A stretch of 64,000 bases of DNA from Eledone cirrhosa (lineage: Eukaryota), in assembly GCA_964016885.1 (NCBI GenBank), contig OZ024747.1, positions 31,930,001-31,994,000 of the forward strand. Reading direction: 5' to 3'. How positions within the stretch are numbered: the first letter of the stretch is position 1; the number at the start of each line of letters is the position of its first letter. The notes under the pieces are model-generated. The model saw only the letters and a list, made by a program, of their open reading frames with translations, was not told the origin of the DNA and did no database searches. Both the position numbers and the translations under genes were made by a program. Positions 1 to 12,715 of this stretch are shown here, in pieces.

Positions 1-171
1 AAAAGATTCATAAAATCACAACTTAATAGAAAGTTATCTAATTTTATAATATATAACAATATCTTGGAGTTCTCTCTGCTTGAGGAATTTTAGCACCTTT
101 TGTATTGAGGGGTTTTTGGTCAACAAGTGGATATTTTTACATATCATTAATTTCGTTTTATATATAAATAT

Positions 172-330
172 GATGGGCTTCTGCAGTTTCCATCTACTAA
201 ATTTTATTCACAAGGCATTGGTCAATCCAAAGCTATAGTCAAAGACACTTGACCAAGGGGCCATATAATGAGACTCAACTCATAACAATGTGATTGCAAA
301 GTGAACTGCTTAACCACACAGCTATACCTG
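172..330 (-). mobile_element. tRNA-derived SINE (octopus-type), diverged
   Basis: The reverse complement reads GCAGGTATAGCTGTGTGGTTAAG...GAGTTGAGTCTC...CTTGGTCAAGTGTCTT...TAGATGGAAACTGCAGAAGCCC. A related copy lies at ~60218-60380. Confidence 0.7.
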
Positions 331-403
331 CACACACACATACACACACACATATGTGTGTATATCATCATAGTCGATTTTAAGTCAGCTTTCTCATCAT
401 TTC

Positions 404-714
404 ATCATTTCATTTTCCGTCCACTTTTCCCTGCTTGCAAGGGTGGGACGGGAACTGATTCTGGCTTGATTTCTACAGCTGGATGCCCTTCCTAACACCA
501 ACCTCATTTACAGTGAGTGCTGGGTGCTTTTTTGCCGTGGCACCTCCACGACCACTTTGCAGTGGAATGATATGGACCCCAGTCCTTATCATCTCATTTC
601 TACAGCTGAGTAAACTGGAACAATTTGAAATAAGGTGTCTTGCTCAAGGAAACAACACATCACCCGGTCTGAGAATTGAACTCACAACCTTTCGATTGCA
701 AGGCCAATGCTCTA
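404..714 (-). mobile_element. tRNA-derived SINE with RTE-like 3' tail, slightly 5'-truncated
   Basis: Near-identical inverted copy of 1338-1650. ORFs 483..734 and 1331..1570 translate to almost the same spurious peptide. Confidence 0.9.
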
Positions 715-734
715 TACATATATATATATGTTAA

Positions 735-1062
735 GACACGGCTTAGTGGTTACAGAGTCGATTTGCAATTGTATGGCTGTGAATTCGTTTCCCAGGCTTG
801 GGATGTGTTGTGTCCTTGTGTAAGACTTTATTTCATGTTAGTCCAATCATTCAACTGTAACAATGAGTTGCGACATCACTGGTGCCAAGCTATATAGGCC
901 TTTGCCTTTACCTCGGACAACATTGGTGGCATGAAGAAGGGAAACAGGTATGCATGGGTGACTGCTGGTCATCCACAGTGACACCTTACCTAGATTTGTG
1001 CCTCGGAGGGGAACTTTCTAGGTGCAAACCCCATCGTCTGTGACTGAAGGGGGTCTTTACCC
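735..1062 (+). mobile_element. tRNA-derived SINE, second tail type
   Basis: A-box-like GGCTTAGTGG and degenerate B-box GAATTCGTTTCC. The central block resembles that of the 1321 SINE, but the tail ends ...GAAGGGGGTCTTTACCC. A related minus-strand piece lies at ~23385-23620. Confidence 0.75.
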
Positions 1063-1234
1063 TATATATATATATATATATATACACTCACACACCTTAT
1101 ACAAATATATAATGTATATATATGCATACCTACAAAGTCCTACAGCTTATTTTCCGGGCGATATGGCGCATTCCGTTAAGGAATGAAACCCACAATTTCG
1201 ATTCTGGTTGAATTCTTTTAATCTATCTTAATTT

Positions 1235-1320
<86 letters not shown>

Positions 1321-1322
<2 letters not shown>

Positions 1323-1650
1323 CACATGGCTTAGTGGTTAGAGCATTGGCCTTGCCATCGAAATGTTGTGAGTTCAATTCTCAGACCGGGTGATGTGTTG
1401 TTTCCTTGAGCAAGACACTTTATTTCACATTGCTCCAGTTTACTCAGTTGTAGAAATGAGATGATAGGGACTGGGGTCCATATCATTCCACTGCAAAGTG
1501 GTCGTGGAGGCGCCACGGCAAAAAAGCACCCAGCACTCACTGTAAATGAGGTTGGTGTTAGGAAGGGCATCCAGCTGTAGAAATCAAGCCAGAATCAGTT
1601 CCCGTCCCACCCTTGCAAGCAGGGAAAAGCGGACGTAAAATGAAAATGAT
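1321..1650 (+). mobile_element. Full-length tRNA-derived SINE with RTE-derived 3' end
   Basis: Pol III A-box TGGCTTAGTGG and B-box GAGTTCAATTC. The 3' end CCCGTCCCACCCTTGCAAGCAGGGAAAAGCGGACGTAAAATGA matches the RTE end at 45260-45301. Confidence 0.9.
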
Positions 1651-1889
1651 ATATATATATATATATATATAGATAGAGAGAGAGAGAGAGAGAGAAATGA
1701 ATAGTTAAACAAATAGATAAAATACGATGGTCATAGATGGAACAATGATGCTGATCATAGGTCTGTTCCATCATGGCTGACCTGGAGTTAAACAACAACA
1801 GCAATAACAACGATAAACAACAAACAACAACTGTTTACATTACAAAAGATACAACCCTGAATAGATAAGATTACTTCTCTATTTAATAG

Positions 1890-1931
1890 ACAACATTACT
1901 GGAATTCTTTTTTTTCCTACATTATATAATG
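1890..1931 (+). CDS. Candidate 42-bp phase-1/1 internal exon (DNITGILFFPTLYN)
   Basis: Acceptor ttacttctctatttaatAG and strong donor ATG|GTAAGT. The frame is open. There is no homology evidence. Confidence 0.3.
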
Positions 1932-3373
1932 GTAAGTCCATTGGATTTCTATAGTACACTGATAGAATATATAACCTTCTAGTCATGAATTCCATTTCTG
2001 TAATGGCTATTTGTAGAGAGTCTGTTGCTACTTCAAGAGTGGAACAATACAGAGAGCTCCTCATTCTCTATTTGACCAAACAATGGTATTCATGCTGGCC
2101 AACAGTTTCTTTAGATACAGTATTCTATGGTTGAAGACACTTCTTCAGTTGTATTGTTATACAACAACCATTTTTATCTCTACCACAACCTCCTCCCACT
2201 TCCTTCTCCTCCCTCTCCTCCTCCTTAATAAATACTCTTGTTTTTATCTATGGTGGTTTCAGTGTGCACATGTTTGTGTGTGACTATGTGGAAGTGCAAG
2301 TGTGTGTCTGTGTGTATGAGTGTCTGTCTGCGTGTGCATAATATATAGATGTAGAATACATATACATACATAAATACTCACATGTACATGCATGCATACA
2401 TATATATATACAAACATGCATGCATGCGTACATACATATGTACATACATGCATGCGTACATATGTACATAGATGCAGGCATACATAGATAAATGCATGTA
2501 TACATACATATGTACATTCATACATACATACTTGTATAAACAAATACAAAGAAATACATAGAACACACACACATGTGGACATATGTATGTATATATGTGT
2601 ATAAGTGTGTGTGTCTGTGTGAAGTGTGTGTGTGATGTGTATGATATGGATGTATGCAATTTGTGTCTTTGATGTGTATCTTCTCTCTCCCCCTCTCTCT
2701 CTCTCTCTCCCTTTCTTTCTCTCCCTATCTCTCTCTCCCTCTCTCCCCCTCTCCATCTCTCTCTCTCTCCATCTCTCGCCCCCCCCTCTCTCTCTGGTAT
2801 AAAGTAAGATGTGTGTCTTTGTGATAAATACATACATAAGTGGAGTTTATATCTGTTTGATATATATAGATGTGTATGTGTCAAGTATTTGTGTAATGTG
2901 TGTGCATATCTATGTATGTAATGATTATATGAGGTATTATATATATATATATATATGCATGTGTATGTATCAATGATAACTGTGATTGATCTGTGCTTTG
3001 TGTGAACTCTATGTGATGTATTTCAGTGCATGATGTGTATGTTGTAAGTAGGCTATGTGTTGAAATGTGTGAGAAAGTGATATGTGACATGTGTCTCAGA
3101 TGTGTGTGTATGTTGTGCGAGAACAAGAGAGGAAGAGAAAGAATGAGAGAAGAGAAAGGCGGAGGGTGGGAGAGAAAGGAAGATGTTAAGATATATTATA
3201 TTAGTCATAAGACAGAAATATAAAGTAGATATTATTCTTTTATTGAGATTCAGTTTTAAAAAATACCAACATGAATAATGAGAATCCAATTGATTTGAAG
3301 CTAAAATAAACTTCATGGTGACAAGGTTCTTGTTTTGGGTCCACTGAGTAAAATCACAAAGGTTTGATATACT

Positions 3374-3550
3374 TCATGGTGATAAAGTTCTGGTTTTAAA
3401 CCCACTGTTTTGGTTTTAAACCCACTGTCTAGAAACATGGTGATAAATTTTTGGTTTTAAACCCACTGTCTAGAATCATGGTGATAAATTTTTGGTTTTA
3501 AACCCACTGTCTAGAATCATGGTGATAAATTTTTGGTTTTAAACCGACTG
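3374..3550. repeat. 41-bp minisatellite, about 4 copies
   Basis: CATGGTGATAAATTTTTGGTTTTAAACCCACTGTCTAGAAT recurs at 3437, 3478 and 3519, with degenerate copies upstream. Confidence 0.85.
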
Positions 3551-3589
3551 TGCTCAAATATGACGATCTGATGTGTTTCACGGTGACAC

Positions 3590-3820
3590 AACCTAACCAA
3601 AACAGGCTCTCGTCCTACAAAATAAAACCATTCATTTTAAAGGTTTCCACTTTAAATTAAAATCTTCCAACATAGTTTTATATAAGAAGTTTATATAGTT
3701 TTATACATTAAGTTACTATCTTATAATTAAATAATTATTAAATTTTGTAAATCCCTCAAAATTCTTCATTAATTAATTGAAATAGTGTATTTCATTAGAA
3801 ATATGTTCATGAAAGGTTTA
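3590..3820. mobile_element. Degenerate TTAA-type MITE (family of 56239-56462)
   Basis: Reverse-complement similarity to 56239-56462. Ends ...GAAAGGTTTAA. Confidence 0.5.
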
Positions 3821-4137
3821 AATCTTCTAACTATAGCATCGAATCAATCCAACATTTGTGAATGAAACTGGAGATACAGAAGCCAATCTGTGTAGAATCC
3901 AATCAAACTGATTACATCTATTCTTGGTTTCTAGACTTGACCTAAGGAAACCTTACTGTCTTGATGTGTAACTTTCTACAGTAGCAACTCAATAGTTGTG
4001 CTTCTTAGCCACTTCCCTCCCACCAGTTTTAGAGGCTCAGCAAAAAGTGTAATGGGCATTGCTCATCTTCCTCTTCGAACTTAATCAAAAGATGAGAAGT
4101 AATAATCAGAAATACTTAATTATAATTATCAATCAAG

Positions 4138-4365
4138 TAGGAGCAGTGGATTGGAAGTATTGGGAGAACATCGAACAGCTTGCTTTGTTGCATGTAGTTA
4201 CACATCTTTACGATCTGAGTTCAAATCCCACTGAGGTTAGCTTTGCTTATTCATCCATGTAAGGTCAATAAAAAAAGTACTAGTAATGCACTGGAGGTCA
4301 ATTTTATTGACTTTCCATTTTCCTTTCAAATTGCTGGCTTTGTGCCAAATGTAAAAACGATTATC
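4138..4365 (+). mobile_element. SINE, GAGTTCAAATCCC...TTTCATC...AAGTACCAG core family
   Basis: Diverged copy of the family at 38145, 42768, 46832 and 54495. Minus-strand relatives lie at ~4565-4710 and ~5335-5475. Confidence 0.75.
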
Positions 4366-5480
4366 AGCAATAAAGTAAACAGTATGCATGTAGTCATAAC
4401 TCCTGATGAAGTTGTAGGGACACTGTAGTGACATACTACAGGCATTTTTAAGTTCACAGTGCCCATCTTCTCTCCGGGTTTGAATGCAGCCATGTTTTTC
4501 CAGAGACGGAGAGAAAGAGAGTGATAGAGAAGTGAGAAAGGGATATAGTGGAAAAAAATAGACTTCAGTACTGGACTGATACTTTATTTATCAACCTCAA
4601 AACGATGAAAGGCAAAGTTATTCTCAGCAGAATTTAAACTCGGAGTGCCGAGCTGGAACAAATACTGCAAAACACTCTATCCAATGTCCAAACTCTGTTA
4701 ACTTGCCACCTTTTTCGTGAGTATAAATAAATAATTAAAAAATGTTATAAAATGGATTGCTGTAAAGAAGCTTCAGTCTCCATGGAAGGATTCTACTTGA
4801 AACTTTATGATTTCCAATACTTCGTTTAGGAGATCTATAAGAGAGCAAGGCAGTACCGAAAGTAATGTTTTCCCAGTGTATCTAGAACAAGTGAGTGTAT
4901 TGATTGAGGCCAATTCTTCACCTCACTATGTCTCTGTGTGTTTTGTATCTAGAGCAAGTGAACTTATTGATCCACGTCCATTTCTTAGCTATGTCTTTCC
5001 ACGTAGTATATCTAATGTAAGTCAGGTTACTGTTTGAGGCCAAATTCCTCAACTAAATACGTCTCTCTATGTTTACCATGTCCAGAGAATTGTCTCTCAA
5101 AGATAGAGCTGAGGAAAACATTCTGGGGTTTTGTGAGATAAGGCTTTTTTTTTATATTTAATAGCTTAATAAACATTTAGTATGTTTTATGTATATTAAT
5201 ATATTCTCTCTCTTAAATTATTTATACCTGGCAGAGCCCATCCTTCTGTAGAATTGAACACAGCCGATTTCTTCTATTGGGGAAGACAGTGATAGAAAGA
5301 AAGTGAGGAAGAGATACAACGGAAGAATAGACACAAGTACTGGAATGGTACTTTATCAACCTCAAAGGGAGGGATGAAAAAGAAAGTTGACTTCAGTGGA
5401 ATTTAAAATCAGATCACACAATTGATGGACGGAATATGGCAAAACATTATATCAAACATTCCAATGACTCCGCCAAAAGA

Positions 5481-5790
5481 CATCATCATCATCATCATTT
5501 TAACATCTGTTTTTCCACACTTGCATGGGTTGAACAGGTTCTTTTCAGCACAGCATCTCTCCACTCACTGCACTCATTTGTCATCTCCTCTGTGAGTCTC
5601 AGCAATTTGATGTCAGCTCTCACTACCTCTGCCCAGATCTTCCTTGGTTTACCTCTACAGCAGCTTCCCTCCACTGAGATTTCCTGGCACTTCTTCACCC
5701 AGCGATCATCATCATATGTCCGTCCCAATGCAGCCCTCTCCTGCACACTATTTCTGATTCCTCTTATACCCAGGTCTTCCTTGATTTACC
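5481..5790 (-). mobile_element. RTE-clade LINE 3' fragment
   Basis: ORF 5495..5746 has the RTE C-terminal motif (VKKCQEISVEGSCCRGKPRKIWAEVV...WRDAV), followed by a (TGA)n tail. Confidence 0.85.
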
Positions 5791-6532
5791 TCTGCTATGG
5801 CTTCCTACCACTGGGATTTCCTGATACTTCTTCAACCAGCAATCATCATCTATGCACATCACACTTACTATCTTAAATATGAGCAGTAAATGTGATAATA
5901 TAGTGTGTGTTTTTTATACAAAGGAAAAAAAAAGAAATAGATGAGATGATCATGGTTGGAAAACCTTTGTTCATACATCTGCATAATCAGGACAAACCTA
6001 GGGCTAAACATTAATAGTAGTAACTAAAAACCATACACAGACATATCAAAATATTTAGATGAACTTCTAAGCTGAAAACAAAAGCCAAGATTTGATCTGA
6101 TCTGTTTTTTTTTTGTTTTTTTGTCTTCTACTAAATCATGTTATCGCACCACAGTATTGATATTTTTGATAACTATGAATTCTTTAGCAAAACACATAAA
6201 ATTGTTCTGACTTTTTTTATTTGCACTGAGTCAAGAGAAATGTTAAAATAAGAAGCTATTTGTAAGACAGATTTATATATAAAGATGGGAGTGGCTTCTT
6301 CAAACATTGGGGCAAAATCAAATTAAGTACAAGAGAAATTGTTTGTCTCTGAGGAGTTAGACACCTGTTATTACAATTCTTATACACCATGAGACAAATA
6401 AACACATACAAATGCGTGTGTGTGTGTGTATACATAAATAAATAAATACATATTACACACATACATGTATGTATATATATATACATACATACTTTTACAT
6501 ATATATGTAGACACATTACCATATCTATCTAT

Positions 6533-6587
<55 letters not shown>

Positions 6588-7177
6588 TAGATAGATTCAT
6601 ATAATAGAATTAAGATAGTTTCTCTTTAAAGATGTGAATGCTAAGATTGAACAGTAAATATGTCTACACAAGCTTTTTTGTTTGATTTTTTTTTTGTTCC
6701 TGTTTTTAAAGCTAGTGTATTGTTCCAGCAATATAGAAAGTTAACATAATAAAACCAAACCAATAATGACTGAAAGTTTCATTGGGATTCAATATGCATC
6801 TTATTTGTTGATGTATTATTGGTCAATATAATGGTGTATATGATAGTAATTATATAGTAGTGTATATGGTAGTAATTATATTGAAACTTTAACAAAGAAC
6901 ATATAGGTTCGATTTTACTTCGATGTTACTTGGGCGTCTGTACAACAATTCTCAATTTAAAACCATCACATATAGGCTGTTACATTAAGAAAGAGGAGGT
7001 GAACATATTGAGTTATCTATCCTGTGAGTGACTAAGTTGAAATACTTGTAACAGAGAGGACTTCACTAAGCACATTGAATGATCAGGGTGGCTGCAGTAA
7101 GAAAGAGGACATCAAATATTGAGTTTTCTTTCTCTGATGAAGGCAAAAAAGTGACAAATTCATTAGAACATAAGATA

Positions 7178-7427
7178 GAATTCATAGAAAAATGAGAAAA
7201 CTCATTGCTAGAACAGCTGTTAAAACAGCCAAATGCTGTCATTGACAGTGATGGACAAAAATGCTTTAGATGACAGAGATCAGGATCCAGTGGTCAGCAG
7301 AGAGACAATCCTGCCACCCACCTCGTGGATTCTCTCTGAGGCATTTTTGTCCATTGCTGTCATTGACAGCATTTGGCTGTTTTAATAGTTGTTCAAGCAA
7401 TGAGTTTTCTCATTTATCTATGAATTC
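7178..7427. repeat. Imperfect inverted repeat, ~92-bp arms and ~64-bp spacer (MITE-like hairpin)
   Basis: GAATTCATAGAAAAATGAGAAAACTCATTGC...GGACAAAAATGCTTTAGA (7178-7270) is mirrored at 7335-7427. Confidence 0.85.
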
Positions 7428-9095
7428 AAATATACTATTTCATTCTTTCAATCAGAAACAACATTGTTTATTCATATAAAATAGAATACTTTGCAGTATT
7501 CATTCCAGCTGTCTGCATATAGAGTTAAAATTTCCAATGAGATCAATAAGCTTTTCATCCTGTTGAGGTTGATAAATAAAGTATCAGTTCAATCTGGAAG
7601 TTGATTCTCTCTCTCTCTCTCTTCTCTTAAAGAAATCAGCTATGTATAAAACCTAGAGAGAGTTAGGCTCTACCAAGTTTAAAATGACGAAGTCACGCTG
7701 TATGACATGACAGCACCCTTTTGAATCCATCAGCTGATATGGGTCCATAAATACACGCATTCCGTGATCAGAGATCAGGCTAGCATACCAGTAGGCAAGA
7801 GGACTTTGTTTAAGACATCCAATAACAAGATCATGGTGTTAATAACACCAAACAGCAACAGTTGCTTTAATAAGCTTCTGCTAATTTCTGCCATCTAAAC
7901 AGAACTCACTTACTTGAGGCTAGTTTGAAAAGAAAACTTGGCCATGGCATATATACACACAAACATACATACATGCCATACAGACATACATACATAGATT
8001 CCACACACACACACACTTATAAATTACAGATATACAATACATACACACACATAAATTAACTTGTATGCATACATTCCATGCAAACATACATACATATATT
8101 CCAAACCCACACACATTTATACATTCCATGTATACATTATATACACTGATACATACGTACATACATACACACAGATACATATATGCATACACTCAGATAT
8201 ATACATACATGCATACACACAGATATATACATATACAGATACATTCATACATATTTACATACACACACAGACACATACATGCCTATATACATACGTACAT
8301 ACATGCATACACACAGATGCATACATACATTCCTTCATTAATACCATGGAAAAACAGAGGTTAAATGATGCCAGTCATGGTAAGTCATTGCAGCCATTTA
8401 AGAACACAAAAATTGTAATATTTATTATGAAGGGTCAAAATGGTCAAGCTATTTTAATGCACTTCAGAGACCTGGTCACTGACACAATTGAACCTCATCT
8501 GCTGAAAATCAGTTACTGCTGAGTTTTTATATGTCTTCAGTGGATGGGAGTGGGGAGATAGTTTTCTTTCCATTCTGTTCTGATTTCTCCTTTCGTTTGC
8601 ATCTTTTCTTATTTAACTCCAGCTTTAAACATGTCAGATTATTATATTCTTTTATGTATTATCTATTTTATTTATTTCATCTTATTTTTCTATCATTGTG
8701 TTCAACTTTGGCCCTTGCAGTTCTATTGTATAGTTACAGTCTGAACTGTTCACACCTGTGCTTTTAGTCGTTTTCCTTCTCATTCAGTTAAATACTTCAA
8801 CTTAGCAAGAAACTAATTTCATTTTAATACTGTACACTTTTACTATTATTATAAGCAGAGATTACCAGATGTCTGTCTTGTCCATTTGATGGCTGTTGTG
8901 GTCTGTAATTGGTTTGATTTGCTGAATATAAAGGGTGGATCACGGATTGGTTTAGCAGGAGTCATGAGTGAGTGCAAGTTGGTGTTCAGTTTAGGGTGCT
9001 TGCTCAGTGCTTTGTAGACAGATTGCAGCAATAATTATGTGTCTATATAACCTGGAAAGGGTTGAAACTGTAAGACCATTTTGACAGCCAAAGAC

Positions 9096-9295
9096 NNNNN
9101 NNNNNNNNNNNNNNNNNNNNNNNNNNNNNNNNNNNNNNNNNNNNNNNNNNNNNNNNNNNNNNNNNNNNNNNNNNNNNNNNNNNNNNNNNNNNNNNNNNNN
9201 NNNNNNNNNNNNNNNNNNNNNNNNNNNNNNNNNNNNNNNNNNNNNNNNNNNNNNNNNNNNNNNNNNNNNNNNNNNNNNNNNNNNNNNNNNNNNNN
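9096..9295. other. Assembly gap (200 N)
   Basis: Run of exactly 200 N, probably a fixed-size scaffold gap of unknown true length. Confidence 0.99.
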
Positions 9296-9467
9296 AATTA
9301 ATGTGTGTTGAGAAACATACAGTTTTTGCAGACTTTTCCATGACATATGTTGAATTAAATTTTAGTTAATGTTTATATTGAATGTTTTAAGTTAGTTAGA
9401 GCAATGGATTGTAATGAAGGAGGTGTGGTAAGGAACCAGATGGACCATAAACTCACCAGAGTACTCA

Positions 9468-9611
9468 CTCTCTATTTCTTTTTCTATCTCTCATTTTATC
9501 TTCAGATGAAGGACTATCATAGAAAATGTGAAGACCTTTTTTCCTATTATATCAATCATTAAATTAATATATATCATCATTGTTTTGTATCATACTCCTG
9601 TTGACTTTTAC

Positions 9612-9612
<1 letters not shown>
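9468..9612 (+). mobile_element. Degenerate hammerhead-bearing PLE-like terminus (family of 26175 and 27124)
   Basis: TCTTCAGATGAAGGACTATCATAGAAAATGTGAAGA, then a tail ending ...GACTTTTAC next to (TA)n. Aligns by eye to 26190-26330. Confidence 0.5.
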
Positions 9613-9660
<48 letters not shown>

Positions 9661-11129
9661 TACACACTCTCATATTATCTATCTATCTACCTATCTATCT
9701 ATCGTCCTTGTGGCAAATAAAGATCTTTAGTCGTGTAGTAGATGGCTGAGAGAAAAGTGTAGAATTAAAGTAGAATTTAAATGTAGAATTTAAATGTCCA
9801 GTAATAGCTGTCGAAACGGCTTGAGTTCTGCCGTCGGGGTTAAACTTTTTCCTATATATATATATATATAGTTGAGAGGAAGAGGGTGTGTGAGAGAGAG
9901 AGAGAGAGAGAGAAGAGAGAAGTAAACTGAATCAATATGGCGAACAGCAGTAATAGTGTATGTAGGCCCAGAAGTCCAAAGTTAAGGTTATAGCAAAAGA
10001 ACTGGCCAACACAAAATAATTACTTTATAGATTTTACTCAATCGATTGATCAAATTGATTGACAAGATCCCAAATTTTATTCCCGTACTGAGTTGGGTGT
10101 AACTTGTCAAATTGGACCAATGAAACAATGTTTCCATTGGTGTTTCCATTGCTGATACTATCTACTGGTTGCAACTCCTGTCAGAAATATATATATATAT
10201 ATATTGATCTAGATTGACAAGATCCCAGACCTCACTCACTGAGTGGCTATAGCAGAAGACACTTTCAAGTTGCCACACAGTGAGATAGATGTTGTAAAGT
10301 GAATATTTTGATCAAACATCAATGCCTGGGCATATATATATATATTATACTATTGCTAACAATGAAAATGGTTGTAAAGCGATGATGATAATATATATAT
10401 ATATGTATAATCTGTAAATACATCCACTCACATAAACTATATTTTTCAAAACACATTGCATATACAAACCTACATACACATCTGTAAATATATCCACACA
10501 TATAAACTATGTTCTTCAGAGCATGTTAGAGAGAGAGAGAGAGAGAGCAATATTCACTTGTACACATATGCATATATTTCTAAACAGAAGTACTCTAACA
10601 CACATACACTACTTTGATTTTCTATGACTCACCTCGCTTCTACTACTTTCTTTAACCATTTGCAGACAAATCAAGGAATAATTGATTTCCAATTCTGAGA
10701 GAAGGGTTATTGAATGGAAATCTGTATAATAAACAATTTGGCAGTTTACAAGGCAGAACTTGCACACAACCTACACAGTAGGATGTTGGTCTAGTGTGAG
10801 AGACTTTCTAAATTAGCAGCCTTTGATTCTGGTGGTTATCATATGGTTTGGAATGTAAGAATTTACTAATGATGCTTGTATGTAGAATAGTATGATATGA
10901 CTCTTACTAAGATATTTTTATATTATAATAGTGAAGACAATTGTAAATTCAATCGAAATAAAATGAATGTGAATGTGTGATACCTATTATAATATAATAT
11001 ATTATTGATTTCTATCTAGACAAATACAGAAGATTGCGATGGTGTAAAACTTGCAGCATGCGAAAAAGAAATTCAATTTAAATAATACACACTGCAACAC
11101 ATATTGTATATGTGTGAATGTGTTGATTG

Positions 11130-11335
11130 CGTGTGTGTGTGAGAGTGTGTGTGTGAGAGCGTGTGTGAGAGTGTGTCTGTGAGCGTGTGAGTGTGTGTGA
11201 GAGTGTGTGTGAGAGTGTGTGTGTGAGAGTGTGTGTGAAAGTGTGTGTGTGAGAGTGTGTGTGAGAGTGTGTGTGAGTGTGTGTGAGAGTGTGTGTGAGA
11301 GTGTGTGTGTGAGAGTGTGTGTGAGAGTGTGTGTT
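11130..11335. repeat. Compound (TG)n/GAGA microsatellite
   Basis: Units of GTGTGTGAGA type. Confidence 0.9.
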
Positions 11336-11879
11336 AGCACATCAGACAAAAATTGATAATAATTTATATCAAAGTAGAACTTAATATTAAAATTTATTGA
11401 AACTGAAAAGCTTCACAAATCATTATTCCAAGATTGTAGAAGACATATAAATGAATGATACTAATGTTACATTGTACCCTTCTCATGTGCTGCTTTTCCT
11501 TGTTGCCTTTTCATATATATATATATATATATGAGAGGTCACTAGCCTCACTTTATCATATAAATGTGTGTGTGTGTGTGCATACGTGTCTATACATACA
11601 TATATATAATAAATTTATATCTGTATAGATACAGAACTGAGGCTACAATCCCAGATACCCACTCTGTATTTATACAGATATAACTTTATCATACACTTCG
11701 ACTGCTAGCACATTTCTCACTAAATATATTTTAAACCAACTTACTAATTGATTTCAATTACAGTGCTATTTTGCTTGGACAAGACATCAATGTCATAGTT
11801 TATTTCTTTTGAAGACTTAACAAAATAGAAGCTACGAGAGCCAATAGCTATATATATTCTAAACTATGTACTTCTAAAC

Positions 11880-12550
11880 TATGGCTAAAGACAAAGGGTG
11901 ACAGACAAAATTTCCAAATTAAGGAAGCCCCAGCTGACCAGCAAAATTGTTAAAATATTTAACAATGATAAGAGTTTAGAAGCAGCATCTGGTAATAGAA
12001 AAATTGATTTAAAATATCTCATTCTATCCATCTTAGTGTTACCATGTAGACATGGTGATGAGGATGTTCATATGTATGTATTCAACAAAAATTTTGAATC
12101 ATGTGCATATAGAGTAGCCTGCAGAAATATCTTTTGGAATGGAGTTAAAGCATTTGAAATGGAGAGGGTAAAATGCAGAACTGAAAAGAAATGTGTGGAA
12201 GAATGAGACCAACAGTAATAATGATGAATCTTATCCATCATTAGTTTTCAATGAACACATGATGGTAAAATCCAAGTTCATTATTCAAACTGTGTTACAA
12301 AGAATCAGTTCCAGTGCCATGTTAGTCAGAAAATTTGCAAATTTGCAAATGAAGCGACATCTGAACATACTCAATAAGCAAACCGGAAAGGGAAACAAAA
12401 ACGAAATGAGACATCATTGTATTATTTGTGGACGGGTCTTTTACAGGCTTTCAGGACTCATAAGACATTTGAGATCTCATGCCAGGAAGGAATAGACATA
12501 AAGTGCAAGAAGTGGTCAAGCTTTGTATGGAGCAGACGACCTTAATATGT
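11880..12550 (+). pseudogene. Decayed C2H2 zinc-finger gene
   Basis: One canonical finger C-X2-C-X12-H-X3-H (CIICGRVFYRLSGLIRHLRSH, 12418-12480). Frameshifted remnants of flanking fingers (FQCHVSQK...MKRHLNI upstream; KCKK-GQALYGADDLNM downstream). Stops and frameshifts throughout. Confidence 0.7.
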
Positions 12551-12569
12551 GTATGTGTGAATGCCAGTC

Positions 12570-12715
12570 CATTGCATGTTTAAACCTCCAGAAATTGCTG
12601 GTACTTATTTTCAGCTGAGTAACCTGGAACAACATGTTTTGCTCAAGAACACAACACACAACCCATGAGATTATGACCGTAGGCCCAACACCTTCACCAC
12701 TAGGCTACACACCTC
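12570..12715 (-). mobile_element. tRNA-derived SINE fragment
   Basis: GGTACTTATTTTCAGCTGAGT...TTTGCTCAAGAACACAAC...CCACTAGGCTACAC is the reverse complement of the 32545-type head. Confidence 0.7.

Noticed and set aside
1321-1395. tRNA gene
   Set aside because: A and B boxes are present, but there is no complete cloverleaf and the sequence continues into the SINE body. The same holds for the other SINE heads.
8991-9346. ORFs spanning the N run
   Set aside because: Artefacts of the assembly gap.
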